NCBI GenBank assembly: GCA_000004985.1
Contig: GG738935.1
DNA from: Naegleria gruberi
Taxonomy: Eukaryota
Direction: 5' to 3' (one strand)
DNA length: 64,000 bases
The translations under genes were made by a program, and so were the position numbers. Below are positions 44,214-53,035 of the stretch, piece after piece. Each line of letters begins with the position of its first letter. Within the stretch, counting starts at the first letter, position 1. Under the pieces are notes generated by a model that did no database searches, was not told where the DNA came from, and saw only the letters and a list, made by a program, of their open reading frames with translations.

Positions 44214-45153
44214 ATGAGTTCTTCATCATCGGCACGTATCTTGATAAATCAATTGAAGAAGATGCAGAAGGAACCTGTTGAAGGCTTCACTGTTGAATTG
44301 ATTGATGAATCGGATGTTTACAAGTGGAGATTCTTTATTAAAGGACCATCAGATACTCCTTTTGAGAATGGTATTTATGTTGGAACCATTGATTTCCCTG
44401 AAGATTATCCATTCTCTCCACCAGTTCTTACCTTCGTAAGCGAATTCTGGCATCCAAATGTTTACACAGGTAAGTTTATATGAAGGAATTGTTATTGGAT
44501 CATCGGATTGTTTTATAATAATAATAATATTGTATTGTTTTATAATAATAATAATATTGTATATTAATAGACGGAAAAGTTTGTATTAGGTATGTTTGCA
44601 CAGCTTATTGGAAAATATTAAACAAAATTAAAGTATTTTACACCCTCCTGGAGAAGATGAAATGTCTGGAGAAAGGTTTGTAAATCTACTTGATTGGAAT
44701 TTATTAATATGATCAAATTATTGTTTAATAATTAACTTGATCAATCAACAATTTTATTTTTAATCTAATCACACTATAATCAACAGACCTGAGGAAAGGT
44801 GGAATCCAACCCAAACACCAGAAACTATTCTTCTTTCTGTTATTTCAATGTTATCTGATCCTAATTTTTCATCTCCTGCTAACGTTGATGCTTCAGTTGA
44901 GTGGAGAAATAACAAGAAGGGATTTTTGGATAGATGTAAAAAGCTTGCTGAAAAGGCCAACAACTCACTTCCACTTGGATTCGCTATGCCAGAGCCTTTC
45001 AGATACAAGCCAGAACCACAAACTCCACAAAATCTTGATGATGAGGACTTTGAATTTGAAATTGATGAGGACGAAGTAATGGATGACGATGATGATGATG
45101 ATTTGGAAGGGTTGACTGAGGAGGAGCTTGCCCAATTGGAAGAAGATGATTAA
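44214..45153 (+). CDS. CDC34: Ubiquitin-conjugating enzyme E2 of the CDC34/UBE2R-type (acidic-loop insertion and acidic tail); 4 exons 44214..44469, 44571..44589, 44634..44675, 44787..45153.
   Basis: Exon 1 ..[26 protein letters not shown]...[25 protein letters not shown] (HPN motif). Donors GTAAGT (44470), GTATGT (44590), GTTTGT (44676) and acceptors AG at 44570, 44633, 44786 were all read directly and keep the frame. Assembled core [61 protein letters not shown] matches CDC34 ([46 protein letters not shown]..). Exon 2 is a 19-nt microexon encoding (D)GKVCI with the active-site Cys. Acidic tail [23 protein letters not shown]. Confidence 0.85.
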
Positions 45154-45181
45154 ACCCTGTACATATTCATGTGAAATAAAT

Positions 45182-46101
45182 TTAATGCCTTAATTTTTCA
45201 TAGAGTTCATATCTCTTATTTGGAAGGGTTGGAATTTGAGATCTGACAGTAGTAACTTGGTCCAAGTCAATCTCAGTTACAGACACAGATTCAGATTCAT
45301 CATGTTCCTTGATAATATCTCCTAGTGGATTGGATATTAAACTGTGTCCATACGCAACATAACCAGCTTGCTCATCTCTGGCAGGTGAACACAATACGGT
45401 GAATATTTGATTGTCGACAGCTCTTCCCCTGGCCAATAAATTCCAATGGAGTGGTCCTGTGACCTTATTGAAAGCAGCTGGGAATACCATCATATTAATA
45501 TTTCTTTGAGTTTGATAAATAGATGCTAATTCAGGGAATCTAATATCAAAACAAATTCCAATACCAATTTTAGCATTGAATTCTGGCATTTCAAATGAAA
45601 GTAAATCTGATCCTGGTGACAATACTTCTGATTCTTTAAATTTCAAAGTTGGTGTATCCAATTCAAATAAGTGAATCTTATCAAATCTTCCAACAGTTTT
45701 TCCATCTCTATCAAACACAAAACAACTATTAAACATTTTATCCACAGTTTGAGATTTAGTTGGTATAGATCCAGCAATTAAATAAATATCATTTTCCTTG
45801 GCTGCTTTTGACATTTCATTCAATGTTGGAGAATCACTTGGATCCTCAGCATATTGTTTAAAGAATTGTGTTCCGTATGGACTTTCACATTCCGATCATG
45901 ATCAACAATTCAACATCCACAATAAATTATTCCTTTCCACAATCAAATCATCACCACCTACCTATTAAAACATTCGGGAAGTACAACCAAATCAGCACCC
46001 ATCTCCTTCACCTTTTTAATCTTATCGATTGCATTTTTAATATTTCTGCTCTTATCGGCCGTGACCATAAATTGACATAATCCAACACGAAGTTTTCTCA
46101 T
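45182..46101 (-). CDS. NIT2: Omega-amidase NIT2 (nitrilase/CN-hydrolase superfamily); two exons 46101..45962 and 45881..45182.
   Basis: Exon 1 MRKLRVGLCQFMVTADKSRNIKNAIDKIKKVKEMGADLVVLPECFNS (catalytic Glu in LPECFNS); donor GTAGGT (complement of 45956-45961), 74-nt intron, acceptor GAAAG. Exon 2 PYGTQFFKQYAEDP...IGIGICFDIRFPELA (catalytic Cys in GICFD) ..FPAAFN. Together these give the E-K-C triad of the CN-hydrolase family and close similarity to NIT2 (LPECFNSPYGTKYFPEYAE). Confidence 0.85.
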
Positions 46102-46251
46102 TTTTTTTAAAACTTTATTCTTTTTATTAAATAGTATTATTACAATTTATACTAAGTTACAACAACAATATACCAATAAAGATCTTTTAAGGCTTTGCAT
46201 TTTTTGGTTATCCAAAATTACAGTGAGTTCCAATTTGGCGCCTTAAAAAAA

Positions 46252-47395
46252 ATGTCTTCCATTCACAGAAAAAAGCTGGAGGTGAGCACTGATAGCATAT
46301 TTATTGAGGTCGGAAGGAAGACACACACTATAGGAACTGATCATCACGATGATGAAAGTGTTGCTAATAAGAGGAAAAAGGTTAAAAAAGAAATTCCTCA
46401 ACATTTACCACCTCCGAAACAGCCCTTATTTTGGAACAAGTATAAGATTGCACTGCCCTCTGTGGCAGAATATATAACAATGTTCGGATGGTTGGTAGCA
46501 GCTGCTATTTGTTCTTCGTATATTGTTTATTCGGTCGATTCTTTTGTTTCATCGAGGAATAATCCAACCACTGCCACTAGTTATGTGGAAAGTGTGCCAA
46601 TGTATTTTCCAGCAGTTACTGTTTGTAATTGGAATGCAATGGTATCTTGTGATTATTGTAATTTAACATTGAAATATGCAACGAGAGTGAATGGTAAGAG
46701 TGGAGTGGTGGAGGATTTTGATTTTCATCATGATACAGTTCAAATCTTTCAACATGGACAATTGTTTAACTGTTTGGTGTTTAATAATGGATCAAATTCA
46801 AGGATTCAAGGTTAGTAGTATTTTTTGAAATGAGAGACGTATTATTTATCTGATATAGCTACCGAAATTGGATATGCAGGAACAATATCCTTCTATTTTA
46901 GGGTCCCTCCTGAATCAAGAGATTCTCGTTTTGGATTACAAATTTCATTTCATGAGAATGGAACTGTTCCAAGTGTATTTTCTGAAACGAATTGTGCAAT
47001 CTCTGGTTATGATAACTATTATTCTTTAACTAAGGTTTTCACGAAACGATTAAAACCAAACAGTGAAGGTGGATTACACTCAATAAGGTGGACTTCTCAA
47101 CTTTCAATGGTAGAGCTCACTCAGACTGAGAATGATATTGTTGTTATTTCAGTGGCCTATTCAACCTTGAATCTGCATGTCATTACTGAGATTTATAATA
47201 ATTCCTATGAAGGCTTATTCGGACAGATATCAGGAATACTTGGAATATTGTAGGTTTCAATTTCTGATTTCAAATTGGCATTAATATTTGATAAGTATGG
47301 GATTGGATATTTTGAAATTCATTAGAGGAGTTTTACTCACCCCTTATTCTCTCAAACAACGATCAATAAGAAGACTTTGGGAAAACTTCAACTAG
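46252..47395 (+). CDS. Degenerin/ENaC/ASIC-superfamily-like channel subunit with a compact ectodomain; 3-exon model 46252..46810, 46859..47249, 47296..47395.
   Basis: Cytoplasmic N-terminus, then TM1 IALPSVAEYITMFGWLVAAAICSSYIVYSV, then the post-TM1 hallmark FPAVTVCNWN (compare FPAVTLCNLN of ASIC and FPAVTICTLN of ENaC) at nt 46605-46634. Ectodomain is about 200 aa. Pre-TM2 TLNLHVITEIYNNSYEGLFGQISGILGIFMGLDIL resembles ASIC ALNYETIEQ...GLFIGASILTVLE (beta12/TM2 with G-x-S filter region). Introns: GTTAGT 46811..46858 and GTAGGT 47250..47295. The exon 3 acceptor choice (47295 versus 47324) is uncertain. Confidence 0.5.
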
Positions 47396-47501
47396 ATTCA
47401 GTTAAAGTTTAATTTGAAACAGATTTTTCTCACAATGAAGAAGTGAGAATCGAAATGGACTATAATATATGAAAATCTATGGTTTTTAGGTAGATCCTAG
47501 T

Positions 47502-49121
47502 TTAATTCATACGAATGATTTTGAAAACAATAGCAATACCAACAATTTGAATTATCAAGATAATTACGAATGGTAAATCTATAAATATTTCCCTAGATTC
47601 ATTCAAAACAAAAGAGAATAATAATGGAGCAATAGCCCTGCCAATAATTGATATAGAACCCAAACATCCATTAAGTGTGCCTTGTTCCTCTGGTTTGTTA
47701 AATATTGATATAATCAAGCTAGTTCTTAAAGCATCCTCTTTAGCACCAATAAGCAATAGCAGCATTCCAAAATAAATTAAATCTCCACTCGGACACAGAA
47801 TGAAATAAAGGGATAATAGGGCAGTGAAAATACAAGTCAGTAAGAGAGCATGCTTTTCACTATTCCTAGAAATTTTCAAAATCAGCTTTGACAATAAGGA
47901 ATTTGACAAAATTGCACAAAGCCCCAAAATTGTGAGTAAATAACCATTGTCACTAGGTGTGAAATGGTACTTATACCTAGTAAATTGAGTAATTGTGGAA
48001 AAGAATGCAAATGATGAAATTGTACTCAATAGTTTTGTAATAATTAGAAAAATTAAAACCTTTTCACCAGAAAATAATATCTTAACAATATATTTAAATG
48101 GAAAAACAAGTTGATCGAAAATAGTAGTGTTACTCTTTCCGTTAGATTGAGTAACATGTTCATGTAAATATTTAAAAAGTACAAAGGTCGAAAATAGTGA
48201 CACTAGTAAAATTAATCCGAATACAGTAGCAATATCCATAAATTTTAAAACTAGTGCACTGATTATTGATCCAATAGTTGTTGAAAGTCCCATAATAGCA
48301 ACTACATATGAAAATAAATTAGATAAATTTCCAAATATTCCAGAATCCTTATTACTTTCACTATTACTATAATGATAATTTGAAATTAATGAATTGATTA
48401 ATGGAATAATATCCAAGGCAAATCCTTGAATCACACATGCGATTGCATACAGAACTATACTATTCTTTTTTATCCAAACAATCGGAGAAATCAATTCTTC
48501 ATCTTTCCAAGAAATCAATCCAGAAAGAGTCAAATAAATAATAAATATCACATTGTAAAGTATTGAAAATATTATCAAAAACCTCTTCTTTCCATACTTG
48601 TCCGATAAGTTTCCCACAATTGGACTAATACAAAAGAATATCAAACATGGAAATGAATTAAAAAAACCAAACATAAACGTTGCAAAATGTGAATCTCCAT
48701 ATGCTGCTATATAAACTCTTTCAAAAAGCTCAAAAGCAATAGGATTCAACAATCCAAAGGTAAGAAAATACAAAAACAAGTAAAAGTACAATATGCAATA
48801 ATCTTTAACACTTGTTGTATTACCTTCCAATGATGATGATGGTGTTCGATCCTTTGGCTGTTGTATTTTCACTAACATACAATCTCCTTCTCCTCCCGAT
48901 AATTGTTCTTCATCTTCATCATCATCAAGAAGAAGATTATTAATATTTTGTTCCTCATCCTTGTCATCTTCATGATGCAGTGCTTCCTCCGAGCGTGTTG
49001 CTTTTACCTGTTGATGTTGATGATTATGGATGGGTTTCTCTTCATCCAAATCAGGCATTTTTTTTGTACAAACAACTTGCAAATTACCCAAATTTTCAGA
49101 TAATGAAATATTTGCATGCAT
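47502..49121 (-). CDS. Major facilitator superfamily transporter (HIAT1/MFSD14- or TetA-like), about 12 TM.
   Basis: MFS loop 2-3 signature PIVGNLSDKYGKKRFLIIF (G.LsD..GR.) plus about 12 hydrophobic segments. The N-terminus is acidic and His-rich. The first ATG at 49121 is MHANISL; a second ATG (MPDLDEEK) in A-rich context may be the real start. Confidence 0.6.
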   Translation of the reverse strand: MHANISLSENLGNLQVVCTKKMPDLDEEKPIHNHQHQQVKATRSEEALHHEDDKDEEQNINNLLLDDDEDEEQLSGGEGDCMLVKIQQPKDRTPSSSLEGNTTSVKDYCILYFYLFLYFLTFGLLNPIAFELFERVYIAAYGDSHFATFMFGFFNSFPCLIFFCISPIVGNLSDKYGKKRFLIIFSILYNVIFIIYLTLSGLISWKDEELISPIVWIKKNSIVLYAIACVIQGFALDIIPLINSLISNYHYSNSESNKDSGIFGNLSNLFSYVVAIMGLSTTIGSIISALVLKFMDIATVFGLILLVSLFSTFVLFKYLHEHVTQSNGKSNTTIFDQLVFPFKYIVKILFSGEKVLIFLIITKLLSTISSFAFFSTITQFTRYKYHFTPSDNGYLLTILGLCAILSNSLLSKLILKISRNSEKHALLLTCIFTALLSLYFILCPSGDLIYFGMLLLLIGAKEDALRTSLIISIFNKPEEQGTLNGCLGSISIIGRAIAPLLFSFVLNESREIFIDLPFVIILIIQIVGIAIVFKIIRMN

Positions 49122-49241
49122 GAAAACACATTACTGCAATTTTATTGCTTCAAACATGCTCATCAGTTTCGAATGAATAAACATGTTGGAAAGAGGCGTA
49201 ATATTATAACTTTATTATTCGAAATTTCTTTTGTTATTCAA

Positions 49242-49576
49242 TTAGTTTGAAAAAAACTGGTCCATAGAGGGAAGAGTTTCAAAAACGACATGCTGAACTC
49301 GAGAATGATATTCTCTCATTAATTCTGTGTTAACTAACTTTTCATTTGAATTTTGATAAATATTGTAAAAGAATTTCAAATTCTTCAATAATTTATGAGA
49401 AATCGCATTGGTTGTAGAATCAAGATCTGATTGTTCCATAACAAATTTCCCTCAATTTCTTGTAAATAATTCAAAATTTCTTCTCTTGACAAATCTTTTA
49501 AATTTTGATTGTAAATAAAGAAATTTCCAAATTCGGTAAATTTCTGATTTGCCTTTTGTTGCTCCAATTCATACAT
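49242..49576 (-). CDS. Possible small gene of about 120 aa, split into two overlapping track ORFs by a 1-nt frame shift, lying between the cyclase-like gene and the MFS gene. Doubtful.
   Basis: MYELEQQKANQKF...EGNLLWNN then frame +1 ..DLDSTTNAISHKLLKNLKFFYNIYQ..SMDQFFSN. No intron signal explains the shift. Confidence 0.2.
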
Positions 49577-49584
49577 CCATTCTA

Positions 49585-51603
49585 TTAGAATTTGATTAGA
49601 AAATAGTTGAAATTCGCAAACTTACCATCACCTTCTATTGCCTTTTCCTTATTAATTTCAAAAACAATAGACGAAACTCCATTCGAATTTTCATCCGAAT
49701 CTAGTAACAGCTTATCAACTGGTCGATACACAAAATGATGTTTCGTATTCTCGTTCAATGTACTCTCATCACAAACAATGTTACAATGTAGCGAAGAAGC
49801 AAGTAAGGATAATTTCTCTGCATTCGAAGGAACATTTCCAACAATAGTAAATATACGAAACGAATGAGTTCCCAAATTTCCTGAATTGCTCTTTCCAGAA
49901 CTAACGCCAATAGAGCATTGAATATGGGATTGAGAAGTTTTGTTGATTGTAGAAATGAGCTTTCTCAGTTTCAAAGCAGCTTCTAAGGCAAGAATATTCG
50001 AAGACTTTCTTCCAATTCCATCCGAAACATAAATTTGATAGTCATCGACTGTTATTACTTGTAAGTCGCCTTGAATATTCTTTGCAATGACTGTCATTCC
50101 AGAAATAATCTTTGCAAACAAGTTTCCAACATCAACACTATTCAACTCTTTCGAATATTTCTCAAGTTTCACCCTAATGACTGAGCATTGTTTTCTATTC
50201 AACCCTATCTTAAACAAAGAATTACTCGTCTCTTGGATTTTCGAAATCATTGATGAGTTTGATTCCAAAACTCCATCATGTTGAGATTCTAATTCTGATG
50301 AAGCTTCATGTTTAGTTTGACTTTCTACACCATTTTTCTCAAGTTCAATACATCGTAATTGAAGGAAAACACTCTCTGGTATGAATGTTTTAATTTCATT
50401 CAGCCAAACTGTCATTTCATAAAGATACATATAAATTGTGTCAACTTCTGAAAATTTGCTTCCTGAAATGTTAACATTTTCAAGTTCCATAGTTTTGATT
50501 TTTCTAAACTCTTTTTCTAGAATTGTAAATGGATGAGTGACAGTATGGCTTATCAAAATTGACATTATAACACCAAATATGATAATGAGAATGGTGATAC
50601 CAACAGAAACTCCAGAAGTTATATTCGAAACTAGCTCAATTTCCTTCTTCTCAACCACAACAAAGACATTCCACTTTAGGTTGACTAAAGAAAAGTCCAA
50701 TTTCACAACAAAATGATTTTCCACTTCGAAAAACGATGGAGCTGCTTCCCAACTACCAAATTTCTTAAAAGAACTTTCTAATACGAATCCAGCATCCGAA
50801 TCTATCAAATCAAAAATAGAAACTCTAGAGAAACCATCCAAAGCAGTAGTGTTGATATTCCCTCCAATAACCATATTGTTTGTTTCTGCCACAATTACAA
50901 AACCATTTTTCAAAACGTCAACTGTCTTGAGAAATGTCTGAATAATTCTTAATGAAATATTTGTCTTGGCAAATCCAACTACCTGCTTCACACCCATCAT
51001 GTATAAACTTGGTTCAAACAGTTTAACACAATAATAGGTCGTGTAACTTGGATTTCCTGGAATTGCATATGGAATTCCAAAAGCTCCGTCAAGATTTTTG
51101 AAATTGGATAAAGTGACAGTCCAATAACTTTGTGAGATTGTTTCATAGTTCGGGCTTTTAGTGACCATTTTAGTTGAAGTGATATTTGGTGATTGGGTGT
51201 TTAGTCCAATTGCATATAGAACTTTCTCGTCTATTGGTTTCGTATACCAAACTGGAAACTCGCCACCAATTAGTCCAAAAACATTAACACTATTGAGCGA
51301 ATCATTGAAAAATAAACCAATACCGTAAGGTTTGAATCTAATAAACATTTTGTGCAAATACGAAAGTGATGGAATCTTTGGAATAATCTGCAAATTGAAG
51401 TCATCAGCAATAGATTCAGTTGCTGCAATATATGGTCTCAATTGACCATCCATATAATGTAAAACTGAATCTCCAACACTTGACATGAGCTCAAATGACA
51501 TGAAACTCATTGCTTCCCTTGATCCAACAAATGAAGTCAACCAGATCATGAGAGAACAGGTCAATAACAATGTGGTGATGAGAATAATGATAAATGTGCG
51601 CAC
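49585..51603 (-). CDS. Receptor-type nucleotide cyclase-like protein: signal/TM N-terminus, Cache-like ectodomain of about 300 aa, single TM, and a C-terminal class-III cyclase-homology domain with degenerate catalytic motifs.
   Basis: N-terminal hydrophobic RTFIIILITTLLLTCSLMIWLTSFVGS (the track start is GTG; an ATG 30 nt upstream is in another frame, so the start is uncertain). Ectodomain with Cache-like segments (YYCVKLFEPSLYMMGVKQVVGFAKTNISLRII). TM ITSGVSVGITILIIIFGVIMSILI. The C-terminal QCSVIRVKLEKYS....VIAKNIQGDLQVITVDDYQIYV....IQCSIGVSSGKSNSGNLG..FRIFTIVGNVPSNAEKL follows the CHD pattern (..VTILF.DIVGFT....VK.IGDAYM....GIH.G.VVAGVIG......Y...GDTVN.ASRM), but GDAYM is DDYQI and the terminal GD.VN is GN.VP, so it may be a pseudo-cyclase. 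Confidence 0.45.
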   Translation of the reverse strand: MRTFIIILITTLLLTCSLMIWLTSFVGSREAMSFMSFELMSSVGDSVLHYMDGQLRPYIAATESIADDFNLQIIPKIPSLSYLHKMFIRFKPYGIGLFFNDSLNSVNVFGLIGGEFPVWYTKPIDEKVLYAIGLNTQSPNITSTKMVTKSPNYETISQSYWTVTLSNFKNLDGAFGIPYAIPGNPSYTTYYCVKLFEPSLYMMGVKQVVGFAKTNISLRIIQTFLKTVDVLKNGFVIVAETNNMVIGGNINTTALDGFSRVSIFDLIDSDAGFVLESSFKKFGSWEAAPSFFEVENHFVVKLDFSLVNLKWNVFVVVEKKEIELVSNITSGVSVGITILIIIFGVIMSILISHTVTHPFTILEKEFRKIKTMELENVNISGSKFSEVDTIYMYLYEMTVWLNEIKTFIPESVFLQLRCIELEKNGVESQTKHEASSELESQHDGVLESNSSMISKIQETSNSLFKIGLNRKQCSVIRVKLEKYSKELNSVDVGNLFAKIISGMTVIAKNIQGDLQVITVDDYQIYVSDGIGRKSSNILALEAALKLRKLISTINKTSQSHIQCSIGVSSGKSNSGNLGTHSFRIFTIVGNVPSNAEKLSLLASSLHCNIVCDESTLNENTKHHFVYRPVDKLLLDSDENSNGVSSIVFEINKEKAIEGDGKFANFNYFLIKF

Positions 51604-52611
51604 AGAAATGATTCCACCACATTTTGTTTTTTGGATGGGTTTGATAACTGATCTTTCTTCTACAATAGTTTCATCATTCTAATAGAAATGGTGGAATGTT
51701 ATTGGAAATATGTCTTAGAACAAACCTTTTGGAATGAATCAATAGGTTGAATTTTCATTCTTTTTTTGATCTTGTGTGAGTTCATTACCATTGCTATTCG
51801 AAAGTTTAGAATGCAATTTGAAATAATGAATTTGGTGATAGATTCGAAAGACTGCTTGTGATTGAGGTGGTTTCAATTCAAATCATCACTAATTTAAGAA
51901 TAACTGTTTGCCTGATAAGAGCTCTAGTTCATTTTCCATCTCTTTCGAATATATTATTCGATTCAATCCCATCTCTCTTCCAAACATATTGTTTTCATTC
52001 ACTATAAACAATCAAAGTTTCTTCATCATAATTTTTAAAAGAACCTCATTTCATTTAATACGAATCTGATTCAAACTTGTTGCACCTCTCAACAGGTCAA
52101 ACTAAAGAACAGTAATAATAAAGGGAGCCTGAATCCAAGCGTTTTAAACAATGTAAAGATCCATTAGACAAGCTTTGAAAGGTTCCTAATGGCAATATGA
52201 ATTAGAGAAAGTAATGATGCTAAGGAATTAATGATGCCACTCTTGATTTGCTTGGGAAGATGAAGTATGAACTTTATAACTCAAGTATTATCATGATAAT
52301 TAGAGAGTGATAATGTGCGTGATAAGCTTTCTGTTGGGTTCATCCTTTTCAATCAACATTGTCTCGATTGGAAAGTTTTGTCTACACAAGATAGATCCAT
52401 ACCAGTTTAATTAAACTCATTTACAATATTATTGTAATCTTACCAATTATTATCAAGACAATATGACCAATACAACAGAACATGAGAGGATACCGGCATA
52501 TTCTTGAAACACACATTTCTTTTCCAATTTGCACGTTGAATAGTGATTTTCCTTTAAATTTCAACAACTATTTCATTTCTATTCTAAACATTCTGAAAAA
52601 ATTAAACAATA

Positions 52612-52940
52612 TGAATAAGATTTCTTTCTGTATTGTCCTTGCTTTGGTTCTCTTGCTTGCTTGTGCTGTTAGTGCTCAACAACAAGAAAAATCATCCAAC
52701 TCGGTTTCTCTTTTGAGAGATATTATTCGTAGAATGTATCCAAATGCCTCTGATAGTCAAATTGTCAAGAAATTGTTCCCAAGTGTTAGAAAGTTGAAGA
52801 AGAAGGCAAGTGATAAGTTGCTTAATTTGATTTCTTCTTTGAGTGATTCACAAGGATCTGATTGTTCAAAGTATTGTGCTGGAAGTACTGGAGATTACAA
52901 GATTTCATGCTTGCAACATTGTCACCGTAATAATTTGTAA
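52612..52940 (+). CDS. Small secreted protein (109 aa) with signal peptide and a C-terminal 4-Cys module (CSKYCAG...CLQHC).
   Basis: Start moved to the ATG at 52612 (MNKISFCIVLALVLLLACAVSAQQQE). A basic K-rich middle precedes the Cys module. It is convergent with the large receptor gene, 95 bp away. Confidence 0.45.
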
Positions 52941-53035
52941 TTTCGTGATGAGTGAGCTGGTAGTCCCACATTGAAACCAAAAGTGTTGAATAAAGGTTAT
53001 TATTTGGCTTCAAACTGATGTCTAGGATGTTATGA

